This document shows positions 55,076 to 64,000 of a stretch of 64,000 nucleotides of DNA, in pieces. The position numbers and the translations under genes are program-made. The DNA is from an uncultured Acetobacteroides sp. Its GTDB lineage: Bacteria > Bacteroidota > Bacteroidia > Bacteroidales > ZOR0009. A model generated the notes under the pieces. That model was not told where the DNA came from. It did no database searches and was given only the letters and a program-made list of their open reading frames with translations. The stretch is from NCBI GenBank assembly GCA_963678165.1, contig OY782755.1, forward strand, positions 3,227,996-3,291,995, given 5' to 3'. Numbering within the stretch: position 1 is the first letter of the stretch; the number at the start of each line of letters is the position of its first letter.

Positions 55076-55083
55076 TATCTTTG
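55076..55083 (+). promoter_or_regulatory. Bacteroidota -7 box for pdxK
   Basis: TATCTTTG is an exact consensus match, 21 nt upstream of the ATG at 55104. Confidence 0.6.
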
Positions 55084-55103
55084 CAAAGAAATACTAAATA
55101 CGT

Positions 55104-55988
55104 ATGTTCTCGAATCCTGTTAAACGCGTTGCAGCAATACACGACATGTCTGGCTTTGGGCGAGTGTCGTTAACAGTTATTATACCGATACTTTCGTCGA
55201 TGGGAATTCAGGTTTGCCCCTTACCCACAGCCATCCTTTCGACGCATAGCCAATACGAAGGCTTCGAGTTTGTAGATTTAACGCCAAACATGCAGCCAAT
55301 AATTGATCATTGGAAGCGGCTCAAACTTCACTTCGATGCTATTTATAGCGGGTTCCTTGGTTCTGCTGCCCAAATTGATATTGTAGCAAAGTTTATTGAT
55401 GATTTTAGAGATGAAAAGGTGATGGTTGTTGTAGATCCCGTATTGGGTGATAACGGAAAACGTTACACTCCAATTAGCGAGGATATGGTAACCGAAATGC
55501 AGATGCTCGTAAAAAAGGCAGATATAATCACCCCAAACCTTACCGAGGTGTTTCTGCTACTCAACGAACCGTATACTCCCAAGGTAAACCACGAGCAAAT
55601 CCGCAGCTACCTGCTTCGTCTCGCTGAAATGGGGCCAAAGATTGTAATGATAACAAGCATCCCTGCAACGGACGATCAACATACCTCTGTAATTGCCTAC
55701 AATCGCGAAGATGGTCGATTCTGGAAAGTATCCTGCAGCTATCTTCCGGCTGCCTTCCCCGGAACGGGAGATACATTTGCAAGCGTAATTGTTGGCTCAA
55801 TTCTACAAGGCGATAGCTTACCTATAGCGCTAGATAGGGCGGTAAACTTTGCGTCTCTTGGCGTAAGAGCCACTTTCGGGTATCCAGGAAAACCGCTCGA
55901 AGGAATACTGCTCGAACGTATTCTTCCATCATTAAGCCAAGCGGTACAGCCAACCAGCTACCAGCTACTCAACTGGAGCAGCAACTAG
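55104..55988 (+). CDS. pdxK: Pyridoxal/pyridoxamine kinase (ribokinase superfamily)
   Basis: 294 aa. The N-terminus VAAIHDMSGFGRVS, DPVLGDNG and the anion-hole motif GTGDTFAS are present. Confidence 0.85.
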   Translation: MFSNPVKRVAAIHDMSGFGRVSLTVIIPILSSMGIQVCPLPTAILSTHSQYEGFEFVDLTPNMQPIIDHWKRLKLHFDAIYSGFLGSAAQIDIVAKFIDDFRDEKVMVVVDPVLGDNGKRYTPISEDMVTEMQMLVKKADIITPNLTEVFLLLNEPYTPKVNHEQIRSYLLRLAEMGPKIVMITSIPATDDQHTSVIAYNREDGRFWKVSCSYLPAAFPGTGDTFASVIVGSILQGDSLPIALDRAVNFASLGVRATFGYPGKPLEGILLERILPSLSQAVQPTSYQLLNWSSN

Positions 55989-56893
55989 TTGCACTTCTGA
56001 CAGGTCTCTGAATCGAATTCCACCTCAATGGTTACATGGTTGACATCAAAATCTGCCATGAACTTGCCTATACTTTGTTTTAATCCAACCTGATCTTCAC
56101 TGCTAAGCCCCTGCGGTACCACAACGTGCAGGGTTGCCACATGGTAGCTTTCATCCATCGACCAAAGATGAACATCGTGCACGTCTATAACATGAGGCAA
56201 AGACATGATTTTTTCGCGAACTTCATTTTCATCAACGCTATCGGGAGCCGATTGCATGAAGATGTAAAAAATAGCCTTCAGATTTTTGAATACGTTGTAC
56301 AGAATAAATGCAGCGATTCCCAATGACAATATCGGGTCAATAATAGTCCATCCCGTTAACTTAATCAGCACACTACCCAATAACACGGCAAGCCAACCAA
56401 GAACATCTTCAAAAAGGTGTAACATGACAGCGCGCTGCGAAATTGTAGTAGAATTGTGCCTCAAGCGAATCACTGCAATGCCATTAAACAACAACCCGAA
56501 TACTGCAAGCAGCATCATTCCTGATGTATGAAGCGGTTGTGGATTAAGCAACCTGGGAATTGCCTGAAAAAGAACGGCAGTTGAGCCTACGAGCAAAATC
56601 AACGTATTAATAAGAGCTGCCAATGGCGAGTATCGCTTATAGCCATAGGTATACTTTCCATCGCGCTGCTTTTGCGATATTTTTTCGAAGTAGATGGCCG
56701 TTCCAATTGCGGCGGCATCGCCCAAATCGTGAATGGCATCGGAAAGAATCGCTGTTGAGTTGGTTAATATTCCTCCAAAAAACTCAACAATGGCAAAGCC
56801 ACCATTAAGAAACAGCGCTGTTTTTAGGGCGCCATGGGGGTGATGGGCGTGATGATGCTTGCTATGGTTGCTATGGTTGGAATGCTCGTGCAT
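55985..56893 (-). CDS. Cation diffusion facilitator (CzcD/ZitB-type) metal efflux transporter
   Basis: His-rich N-terminus MHEHSNHSNHSKHHHAHHPHG, six TM helices with HDLGD and FEDVLGW sites, and a C-terminal cytoplasmic domain. The 3' end overlaps pdxK convergently by 4 nt. Confidence 0.9.
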   Translation of the reverse strand: MHEHSNHSNHSKHHHAHHPHGALKTALFLNGGFAIVEFFGGILTNSTAILSDAIHDLGDAAAIGTAIYFEKISQKQRDGKYTYGYKRYSPLAALINTLILLVGSTAVLFQAIPRLLNPQPLHTSGMMLLAVFGLLFNGIAVIRLRHNSTTISQRAVMLHLFEDVLGWLAVLLGSVLIKLTGWTIIDPILSLGIAAFILYNVFKNLKAIFYIFMQSAPDSVDENEVREKIMSLPHVIDVHDVHLWSMDESYHVATLHVVVPQGLSSEDQVGLKQSIGKFMADFDVNHVTIEVEFDSETCQKCN

Positions 56894-57023
56894 TTTTTCT
56901 GGAAAGTTAGATAACGTTACTGCAACTACGCCTCCTTAATGCTGATTTATACCGAATTTAGGAACAGCCATTGCTTCCTTTTGTTTCTCAACGCATAACG
57001 ACAACCGAAATGCTTTACGAATC

Positions 57024-57995
57024 TTATACCGATTCAACCCAATCGACAATAAATTGAGCAAACTGGCTACTATCATTCAAGCAAGAAACGTAGGTGTACT
57101 CCGTTCCACCTGCATCCATAAATATTTTACGCGCTTCGACATTGATATCCTTGAGCGTTTCTAGGTTTTCGGCAACAAAGGCAGGACTAATTACAAGTAT
57201 TCTTTTGACCCCTCGCTTGGGCAAATCCGTCAAGACTTCGCTAGTTGAAGGTCCTAGCCAGCTCTTCCCCATCGCCGACTGGTAAGATACGCCATACCTA
57301 TCCATCATTCCTAGCTGCTGGGCTACAAGCCTCGATGTTTCCTCTACCTGATGCTGGTAGTTTACATCCAAAGCATGCTCCTTCGAAACAGTGCTAAGCG
57401 ATTTTTGCAGCTGCCGAATTGGGATGCTATGGTAGGAAAACTGCAGCCAGTCGTACTGCGATAGGTCAAGCGAAGCAAATAGGTTAACCAGCGAAGCAAT
57501 ATAGCCGGGCTGATTGTAGAACGGCTTTGCAACCTTTACCGCTAAGCGGCCATCGAGACGCTGCAGCTCGCTTTTGGCGTGCAACGCAGCACTTTCGTAG
57601 GACGACATTGCATAGTGGGGAAACATTGGCACTACCACCACCTCTGATAGGTTTGCCACCCTTGCTTTCAGTCTAGCTAGAGCGCTTTCGACTGTTTCAC
57701 TACCATACCGCATGGCAACCTCGACGGCAACACCCGACAACCCTTCGACCTTGTGGGCTAACCGGATGGAGTTAACGAGCAGCGGCGAGCCATCGTCGGT
57801 CCAAATAGCGCCATACGCCTTTGCTGACTTGTACTTCCGAAAAGGGACGATTACACCTCGCACCAAGAGGAAGCGAAAGATGAACGGAATGTCGATTATC
57901 CGCTCATCCATCAAAAATTCGGAGAGGTAACGACCAACATCCCCAGGCAATGGAGATGCTGGACTTCCCGTATTTACTAGAATTATTCCCCTCAT
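57024..57995 (-). CDS. hemH: Ferrochelatase
   Basis: 323 aa with GILLVNTGSP-like N-terminus, MRYG, FSYHSIP and a typical C-terminal half. The start lies 3 nt after the nfo stop. Confidence 0.9.
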   Translation of the reverse strand: MRGIILVNTGSPASPLPGDVGRYLSEFLMDERIIDIPFIFRFLLVRGVIVPFRKYKSAKAYGAIWTDDGSPLLVNSIRLAHKVEGLSGVAVEVAMRYGSETVESALARLKARVANLSEVVVVPMFPHYAMSSYESAALHAKSELQRLDGRLAVKVAKPFYNQPGYIASLVNLFASLDLSQYDWLQFSYHSIPIRQLQKSLSTVSKEHALDVNYQHQVEETSRLVAQQLGMMDRYGVSYQSAMGKSWLGPSTSEVLTDLPKRGVKRILVISPAFVAENLETLKDINVEARKIFMDAGGTEYTYVSCLNDSSQFAQFIVDWVESV

Positions 57996-57998
57996 CGG

Positions 57999-58850
57999 CT
58001 ACACAAAGCTGTAGAGTTGGGCTATCTCCTGCGCCCAAAGGCTTTCATCGGGAGTTTCCAGGATAAGAGGAATACCATCAAACCGAGAATCCTTGGCTAT
58101 AAACTTAAAGGCATCGACACCAAGAATACCAGAACCAATATTCTCGTGCCTATCCACCTTGCTGCCCAACGCCTTCTTGGTGTCGTTAAGGTGCATTCCT
58201 TTTAGGTAGCGAAAGCCAACGATGGCCTCGAAATCGGCAAAGACTTTATCGAAAGATTCCTGCGTAGACAAATCGTATCCAGCGGAGAACGCGTGGCAGG
58301 TGTCGATGCACACGCCTACACGGCTTTTATCCTCGACATGATCGATGATATACCGAATCTGCTCGAACCTAAACCCAAGGTTCGACCCCTGCCCCGCCGT
58401 ATTTTCGATGACTGCGGCAACCCCACGGGTTTTATCCAAAGCAAGGTTGATAGACTCGGCAATGGTGCGCAGGCAGGTCTCCTCATCGATCTTCCCCAGA
58501 TGGCTTCCTGGGTGAAAGTTGAGCCTATCGAGCCCCAGCTGCTCGCAGCGCATCATCTCGTCGAGGAAGGCCTCGCGCGACTTGGCCAACCCCTCCTCCT
58601 CGGGATGCCCTAGATTAATCAGGTAGCTGTCGTGGGGAAGTATCTGCGCTGGCGTGTACCCATACTTCTCGCAGCTGGCCTTAAAGCTGCTGATGGAGGT
58701 AGCCGACAACGGCGCCGATTTCCACTGGCGCTGATTCTTCGTAAACAGCGCAAACGCCTTTGCGCCTATCTTACTGGCATTGGCAGGTGCGTTCTCAACT
58801 CCTCCCGATGCGCTAACATGTGCTCCAAAATACTTCATCGATTGTTCCAT
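57999..58850 (-). CDS. nfo: Endonuclease IV (deoxyribonuclease IV)
   Basis: Motifs [22 protein letters not shown] and HLND are present. The real start may be MKYFGAHV at 58838. Confidence 0.93.
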   Translation of the reverse strand: MEQSMKYFGAHVSASGGVENAPANASKIGAKAFALFTKNQRQWKSAPLSATSISSFKASCEKYGYTPAQILPHDSYLINLGHPEEEGLAKSREAFLDEMMRCEQLGLDRLNFHPGSHLGKIDEETCLRTIAESINLALDKTRGVAAVIENTAGQGSNLGFRFEQIRYIIDHVEDKSRVGVCIDTCHAFSAGYDLSTQESFDKVFADFEAIVGFRYLKGMHLNDTKKALGSKVDRHENIGSGILGVDAFKFIAKDSRFDGIPLILETPDESLWAQEIAQLYSFV

Positions 58851-59015
58851 TTAAGCTGTAACGGTCGATCAGGACGCGCATCCCAACCCGCAAGGCGGTG
58901 CTGGGGTGCTCTGCAGGCGTGCGCAGATCCCATCAACTTTTTTTCTCGAATTTAGTATTAAAGTTAAATACAAGGATAAAATCGGGGGCTATTTTACCTA
59001 CAACTTTTCGCGTGC

Positions 59016-59023
59016 TATCTTTG
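59016..59023 (+). promoter_or_regulatory. Bacteroidota -7 box for the DUF3298 gene
   Basis: TATCTTTG is an exact consensus match, 19 nt upstream of the ATG at 59042. Confidence 0.6.
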
Positions 59024-59041
59024 AGTAACCCAAATTAAGCC

Positions 59042-59839
59042 ATGCGACTATTTATTTTTCTTGCGACCAGCTATACCCTGCTTCTTAATATAGCCTCGTG
59101 CACAAGCGTAAACGGTGGAAGCACTGCCAACAGCATCGACACCATCAAGTACGAATACCGAACGGCGAAGTTCGTTCAGGAAAGCGATAGGATCAAAGAC
59201 TCATCGCTTCTTTTCCGATCGTCCATAACCTTCCCCCTATTCGACAAAAAGCAAAATGCCGTGCTGGCCGACAGCATCAATACCTTTATTAGGTACACAA
59301 CCTTTGGAGGATACCAGACCGCCGAGGAAGCCATGAAGACGTTTGTGGATGAGAGCATCCGCCAAACCAAGGACGAGGAAGGGCTGCCGATGCTGGGCTG
59401 GGAAAGCATGGATAGCATAACCGTAATATCCAATACGCCATCGGTGGTGTCGCTGCGGCGCAAGCACTACTCGTTTACCGGCGGTGCCCACGGCAATCCC
59501 TCCGAAACGTACACCTGCTTCAGCGCCAGCAGGGGCAAGCGGCTAAGGCTTGAGGATGTTGCCGAGGCTGGCCGGCTATCCGAGTTGGAAGCCATCAGCA
59601 TTGCCCAGCTTAAGCAGGATCGGGGCATCAAGGAGCCGTCGACGCTTGAGGAGTCGGGCCTTTTTGTTGCTAAGGATGAGCTCCCCCTGCCCGCGTCGTT
59701 TGCCCTCACCCGCCAAGGCTTGCTCATGGCGTACGACTACTACGAGATTGCCAGCTATGCCGATGGCGTCATCAGCTACACCATCCCCTACAGCAAACTC
59801 AAGGGGATTCTTAAGCCGGAATTCATTTTATCCGAATAA
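59042..59839 (+). CDS. DUF4163/DUF3298-domain lipoprotein (RsiV/PdaC C-terminal-like)
   Basis: It has a signal peptide with Cys (NIASCTS). HYSFTGGAHGN is typical of DUF3298. Confidence 0.7.
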   Translation: MRLFIFLATSYTLLLNIASCTSVNGGSTANSIDTIKYEYRTAKFVQESDRIKDSSLLFRSSITFPLFDKKQNAVLADSINTFIRYTTFGGYQTAEEAMKTFVDESIRQTKDEEGLPMLGWESMDSITVISNTPSVVSLRRKHYSFTGGAHGNPSETYTCFSASRGKRLRLEDVAEAGRLSELEAISIAQLKQDRGIKEPSTLEESGLFVAKDELPLPASFALTRQGLLMAYDYYEIASYADGVISYTIPYSKLKGILKPEFILSE

Positions 59840-59877
59840 AAAAAGGGAAGAGGCTCTAGCGGGCCTCTTCCCTTTTT
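59837..59877. terminator. Bidirectional intrinsic terminator between convergent genes
   Basis: 10-bp stem GGGAAGAGGC (59845-59854) / GCCTCTTCCC (59863-59872), flanked by an A-run and a T-run. Confidence 0.85.
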
Positions 59878-59888
59878 CATAGCTTCTC

Positions 59889-60431
59889 CTACAGCTTAAA
59901 AACAATTCGGTGCCGGCTGTTCAGGACAAACGCATCGCTTCTAGCGTCGAGGTCGACGCCCAACTCCACAAAGCGCTCGCTGGAAAGGTTGACGTTTATC
60001 GCAATACGTGGAGGTTCGGGTTCGGCAACCCAGCGCCCGCACGAGCTGTAGACGTACATCTCGCGGTAGTTATCCCAGTACATGTTGTAGCGGGGGAAGT
60101 ACACCCATCGGCGCGCAAAATCGTGGTGCGGATGCCACTTCGGGTGGTAGCGCTTATCTCTTGAGGGCGAATCGTAAACCTCAACAACGCGCCCGCGATG
60201 AGGATTTCCGTGCTCCTTCCAATGCCCCCTTTCGCGGTGGGGCCTTTCGTATCGATCGTCGCCACGATTATCCCCATCTTCGCGATAATAATCCTCACGG
60301 TGTGGATTTCCGCGCTCCCTTCCGTGCTCCCTCTCCTGCTGATGCCTTCTCGGTCCATCGGCCAAAGCAGCCGACGAAACCAGCATTCCTGCGGCAACCA
60401 GCGCCATAAACGGCCAGCTTAGCTTACTCAT
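59889..60431 (-). CDS. Hypothetical secreted protein with a His/Arg/Asp/Glu-rich repeat region
   Basis: Signal peptide MSKLSWPFMALVAAGMLVSSAALA, followed by HGRERGNPHREDYYREDGDNRGDDRYERPHRERGHWKEHGNPHRGR. Confidence 0.55.
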   Translation of the reverse strand: MSKLSWPFMALVAAGMLVSSAALADGPRRHQQEREHGRERGNPHREDYYREDGDNRGDDRYERPHRERGHWKEHGNPHRGRVVEVYDSPSRDKRYHPKWHPHHDFARRWVYFPRYNMYWDNYREMYVYSSCGRWVAEPEPPRIAINVNLSSERFVELGVDLDARSDAFVLNSRHRIVFKL

Positions 60432-60575
60432 CGTGTTAGTTTTTTGAAGGAGGTAGTGCAGATCGCGTGCCAGAATCGCACCGATCCGAATGCTGCACCC
60501 GCACTACAACTACGAGTGCCTTCATCATCCCCCGGCAGATGCAGATTTTCTTTCCCCTCGGCGGATGGCAAGTAC

Positions 60576-60729
60576 GTTTTTGTAGCAATGGCTCATCCCG
60601 CAAGCTGGGATGAGCCATTGCTACAAAAACAGAGTATCCCGCACGCTGGGTTGGGCCGTTGCTGCAAAAACGGAGAATCCCAGATGCTGGGATGGACCAT
60701 TGCTGCAGAAACGGGGAATCCCGCAAGCG
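60576..60729. repeat. Perfect 24-bp inverted repeat fused to three 41-bp tandem repeats
   Basis: GTTTTTGTAGCAATGGCTCATCCC (60576-60599) and GGGATGAGCCATTGCTACAAAAAC (60607-60630) are perfect complements. 41-bp units start at 60607, 60648 and 60689, and each junction forms ATCCC-N7-GGGAT. Confidence 0.95.
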
Positions 60730-60765
60730 AGGACGCCTCCTTCAACGCGGATGCGACCCTAATCC

Positions 60766-63024
60766 CTAAAAGGCGTAGCCCAGCGAGAAGCTGGTGCAAA
60801 CCTTGTTCATCTCGGGCGAGTAGGATACCGACAGGTTGATGGGCCACTTCGAGACAAAGTAGCCGGCCGAGATTCCAAAGCCCCACAGCTGCTTTGCCTT
60901 GAGGGAGGCATCCAGCGTTTTGCTCTTTACGAAGTTGTAGATACCGTAGTTTGCCTTCGCCTGCAGGTAGAGGTTGTCGTACACGTTGGTTTGCCACCCC
61001 AGCAGCATGCTGCCAAACGAGCTCGTTGTAACCTGGGCATCCTTTAGCCCCGTAAAGTTCATGTGATTGTGGAAGAGGGACTGATCCCCTCCCAGGAAGA
61101 ACTCGCTGAAGTAAAGCCCACTAAAATCGAGCTGTGCCCCGAGCTGCAGTTCCCAGATAATCGACGACTTTGGGGCGATGGGGCTGTATACGGTAGCCTG
61201 GTAGGAGAGCTGGTAGTAGGGCCTCCCCTTTAGCGTTAGCAGAAGCGAGTCGTAGAGGGTTTTGTTCTGCGATGGGTTGCGGTGCAGGTTGCGCCCAAAC
61301 ACGCAGCCCGCCTCGAGCTTCGACGTGCCCCCCCGCGTAGGGATGTACCTCCTGTCCAACGAGTTGGTGTACTGTGTTACGTACCCGTACAGGTGGCTTT
61401 CCCCGCCCCGGTACCGGATATCGGCGGCAATATCGGGCGCGTAGGTCATGTAGTTAAAGGAAATGCCCGCGCCAAGGCTCGACGTATTGCCCATGTAGCG
61501 CGTAAACGACAAGTCCACCTTGTTGAAGGTTGTGTTGTAAACGTAGAGCTTTTTTGCCCCATTATATAAAGGTATGTTCAGGTCGGTAAACCGCAGCTCG
61601 GCCTGCAGCTGATTCCTGTTTTTGGGGCCAAACAGCAGGCGGCTCTGCACAAGCGCGTCGAAGTTATCGCCGATGGACAGCTTCACCATCGACCGGCTGT
61701 TGGTTTTCCTAAAGTTTCTGAGAGTGTAGTTCAGGTTGATGGCAGATCCTAGGAAGCTGTTGTAGAGCAGCCCCACCTTTACCCAGGTAGAGGTGTACTC
61801 CTCGGCAACGATTCGGATGTTGGCGTGATGGGGGATGGCCGTCGGGGAGAGCTCGTAGTAGATGTACTTGTAGTCGAGCGTAGCGTAGGCCCGCTTAAGC
61901 GCCTCGGAGAGCCGACGGGCCGAGTAGGACTTGCCCACCTTCAGCGCCATGTTGTCGAGCAGCTGCTTGCGGGTAGTCTCGCTGATGCCCACCACCTCGA
62001 TGTTGTCCAGTGTCACCGAGGGTTCCGGCTTAAAGCGGGAGTAGGGATCGTATGCTATGGGCTGAATGGCGTTCAGCGAATCGGCCAGATGCTTAAACGT
62101 GGGGTACATCATAGCCCCCATCTCGTTGCCAATTCGGATGATATCCTTGTAGTCGCCAAAGCTGGCCGCGTTGTAGTCGCCAATTGGCGGCATAATCAGC
62201 AGGTCGCACATGGCCTTTTGGTTAACCTCGTCGGCGGCATCCACGTAGCTGGTAATTTGGTCCATCACGTTAAAGGCCGTCTTAAGCTGGTTCCTATTCA
62301 TCAGCCCCGAGTACAGGCTCACGCCGATAACGTAGTCGGCGCCCATCTTCTTTGCCTGGCTCACCGGGAAGTTTTGCACCAGGCCGCCATCCACCAGAAT
62401 CTTTCCCTGGTAGGATATTGGCGTAAACACCGACGGGATGGCCATGCTGCTGCGAATGGCAGGAACCAGCTCGCCCGAGCTGAGCACAACAGGCTTACCC
62501 ATCTCCAAGTCGGTGGCAATACACTCGAACGGGATGCTCAGTTGGTGGAAATCCTTCACCGCATAAACAGGGTAAAGCGCCTTCAGGAACTCAACCCACA
62601 CCCCTTCGGGATCCATAATCCCCGACGTTAGCGCTGGCCTAAAGCCCTTAAAAGGAACTTCGAACATGTAGCTGCCAAACTCATCCTTTTCGCGTAGGGC
62701 AATTTCGTTGTACTGCGGATTGCTCTTAAACAGGTCATTCCAATCGATATCGTTGGCAATTTTCTCAATATCCTTTCCCGAATAACCGGCAGCGTACAGC
62801 GACCCTACAACAGCCCCCATGCTGGTTCCCGTAATGTAGTCGACCTTTAGGCCCGCGCTATCGATGGCCTTCAGGATGCCAATATGGGCCAACCCCTTTG
62901 CCCCACCGCCCGAGAGCGTCAGCCCAATTTTAGGGCGCTGCTGGGCAAGGGCCAGCGGAACAAGCAGAAGTAAAAATGCAGCAGTAGCAAGATAGGAACG
63001 GAACAAGAGTGATTGCTTTCTCAT
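60766..63024 (-). CDS. Patatin-like phospholipase fused to an Omp85/BamA-type (surface antigen D15) beta-barrel
   Basis: Contains GGGAKG (oxyanion hole), GTSMG (nucleophile elbow) and LVDGGLVQN (catalytic Asp), plus a long C-terminal beta-barrel ending in ...SLGYAF. The start is placed at MRKQSLLF... (signal peptide). Confidence 0.85.
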   Translation of the reverse strand: MRKQSLLFRSYLATAAFLLLLVPLALAQQRPKIGLTLSGGGAKGLAHIGILKAIDSAGLKVDYITGTSMGAVVGSLYAAGYSGKDIEKIANDIDWNDLFKSNPQYNEIALREKDEFGSYMFEVPFKGFRPALTSGIMDPEGVWVEFLKALYPVYAVKDFHQLSIPFECIATDLEMGKPVVLSSGELVPAIRSSMAIPSVFTPISYQGKILVDGGLVQNFPVSQAKKMGADYVIGVSLYSGLMNRNQLKTAFNVMDQITSYVDAADEVNQKAMCDLLIMPPIGDYNAASFGDYKDIIRIGNEMGAMMYPTFKHLADSLNAIQPIAYDPYSRFKPEPSVTLDNIEVVGISETTRKQLLDNMALKVGKSYSARRLSEALKRAYATLDYKYIYYELSPTAIPHHANIRIVAEEYTSTWVKVGLLYNSFLGSAINLNYTLRNFRKTNSRSMVKLSIGDNFDALVQSRLLFGPKNRNQLQAELRFTDLNIPLYNGAKKLYVYNTTFNKVDLSFTRYMGNTSSLGAGISFNYMTYAPDIAADIRYRGGESHLYGYVTQYTNSLDRRYIPTRGGTSKLEAGCVFGRNLHRNPSQNKTLYDSLLLTLKGRPYYQLSYQATVYSPIAPKSSIIWELQLGAQLDFSGLYFSEFFLGGDQSLFHNHMNFTGLKDAQVTTSSFGSMLLGWQTNVYDNLYLQAKANYGIYNFVKSKTLDASLKAKQLWGFGISAGYFVSKWPINLSVSYSPEMNKVCTSFSLGYAF

Positions 63025-63386
63025 TAAAATCAATGGTTGTCGATAAACGATAGAATTGCCTAAAGAGCAGCTACAAATATACACCTCCGCCAGCGATCTA
63101 CCTTAAGCGTTAGTACCTATTAATTAGCATCCGTACAAAAACAAGAAACTAATTGAGCGTAAAATGCACCCCCTGCTTTCTTACCCATCTCCGAATACCC
63201 TAACGACAATTCACAGCCGATAAACAACCGTAAAAGAACAGCAGCACGCCGGCGTTAATGGGAAATATCAAACAGGTTACTAACACCTACTTACGCAACC
63301 CCACTTACAAGGCAATGTTTACCGCCAGCAAATAAACGGTGCCGACCAATTCCCTATTTACCAGTTTGAGTCTGTGCATTTTTTCC

Positions 63387-63394
63387 TATATTTG
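63387..63394 (+). promoter_or_regulatory. Bacteroidota -7 box (with TTTG at 63365-63368 as a -33 element) for etfB
   Basis: TATATTTG lies 31 nt upstream of the ATG at 63425, and TTTG lies 18 bp upstream of the box. Confidence 0.6.
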
Positions 63395-63424
63395 CCCGTC
63401 ACAGCAAAAATTACCCCTGAATAT

Positions 63425-64000
63425 ATGACAAATAAAGGTTTAAAGATTGTTGTTCTCGCAAAACAGGTACCCGACACCCGCAACGTGGGCAAGGATGCCA
63501 TGAAGGCCGACGGTACCGTTAACCGCGCTGTCCTTCCTGCGATCTTCAATCCAGAGGATTTAAATGCCTTAGAGCAAGCTCTCCGACTAAAAGACAGCTA
63601 TCCTGGCACCACAATAACCATCCTTACCATGGGCCCTGGTCGTGCTGCCGATATTATTCGCGAAGGTATGTACCGTGGTGCCGACGATGGCGTACTGCTT
63701 ACCGACCGTAAGTTTGCGGGTTCCGACACGCTAGCAACCTCTTACGCGCTTTCGCAAGCCGTTAAGAAAATTCAACCTGATCTTGTTATAGCAGGCCGTC
63801 AGGCTATCGATGGCGATACCGCTCAGGTAGGGCCACAGGTTGCCGAGAAGTTAGGCTGGCCTCAGGTAACCTATGCCGAAAGCATCCTATCGTTCAAGAA
63901 CGAGGAGTTAACCATCAAGCGTCGCCTTGAGCACGGCATCGAGGTTGTTGCCGGAAAGCTACCAATGGTAATCACCGTTACCGCATCGGCTCCAGAAGCT
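63425..64000 (+). CDS. etfB: Electron transfer flavoprotein beta subunit. Only the N-terminal 192 codons are here; the gene continues beyond the window end.
   Basis: Absent from the ORF track because there is no stop in the window. My translation is MTNKGLKIVVLAKQVPDTRNVGKDAMKADGTVNRAVLPAIFNPEDLNALEQALRLKD...GRQAIDGDTAQVGPQVAEKLGWPQVTY, a typical EtfB sequence. Confidence 0.85.
   Translation, partial: MTNKGLKIVVLAKQVPDTRNVGKDAMKADGTVNRAVLPAIFNPEDLNALEQALRLKDSYPGTTITILTMGPGRAADIIREGMYRGADDGVLLTDRKFAGSDTLATSYALSQAVKKIQPDLVIAGRQAIDGDTAQVGPQVAEKLGWPQVTYAESILSFKNEELTIKRRLEHGIEVVAGKLPMVITVTASAPEA

Noticed and set aside
60576-60729. CRISPR array interpretation of the 41/42-bp repeats (also considered for 34852-35271 and 20358-20510)
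   Set aside because: The repeats are directly adjacent with no unique spacers between them, and no cas genes are present in the window.
60436-60997. ORFs 60436..60726(-), 60444..60839(+) and 60593..60997(-) across the palindrome/tandem repeat
   Set aside because: They only translate the repeat units (recurring ...AMAHP...LLQ... peptides). They overlap each other and the end of the patatin gene, and they lack signal or start context.

Overview
This 64-kb segment looks like a Bacteroidota chromosome. It has a SusC/SusD pair, many lipoproteins, TAnnTTTG -7 promoter boxes in front of several genes, and tightly packed operons. I see no rRNA, tRNA, CRISPR array, transposase, integrase, reverse transcriptase or recognisable defence module.

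Gene content, left to right:
- A partial FAD-oxidase gene.
- An orphan SusD/SusC pair.
- A metallophosphoesterase/beta-propeller protein.
- An 8-gene peptidoglycan/MurNAc scavenging operon (GT2, HIT-like DUF4922, SpoIID, AmpG, NamZ, MurT-like, MurK-like, MurQ) followed by a large amidase-like exoprotein.
- A TrkH operon that lacks TrkA.
- An ECF sigma/anti-sigma/LTXXQ module.
- A polyamine pair: pyruvoyl arginine decarboxylase plus a deoxyhypusine-synthase-like enzyme.
- Hemerythrin, an Fe-alcohol dehydrogenase, and PepP.
- A roughly 10-kb same-strand island of small secreted, membrane and hydrolase genes (38.9-48.8 kb) with mosaic GC content and relics of paralogous genes.
- Housekeeping genes: glyA, ClC, pdxK, a CDF transporter, nfo-hemH, a patatin/Omp85 protein, and the start of etfB.

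I did not find a convincing new multi-gene system. The signals most worth a second look are non-coding or low-complexity:
- Ten near-perfect 42-bp tandem repeats that are open in all six frames (34.85-35.27 kb).
- A perfect 24-bp palindrome fused to three 41-bp tandem repeats (60.58-60.73 kb).
- A nested 62-bp repeat (8.05-8.24 kb).
- A phased degenerate repeat array upstream of the amidase promoter (20.36-20.51 kb).
- An orphan promoter-hairpin-U-tract unit that looks like a small RNA (36.74-36.84 kb).
- A roughly 360-nt leader in front of the arginine decarboxylase gene.
- The cassette-like island with duplicated gene fragments.

All functional calls rest on motif recognition by eye. No database search was run.
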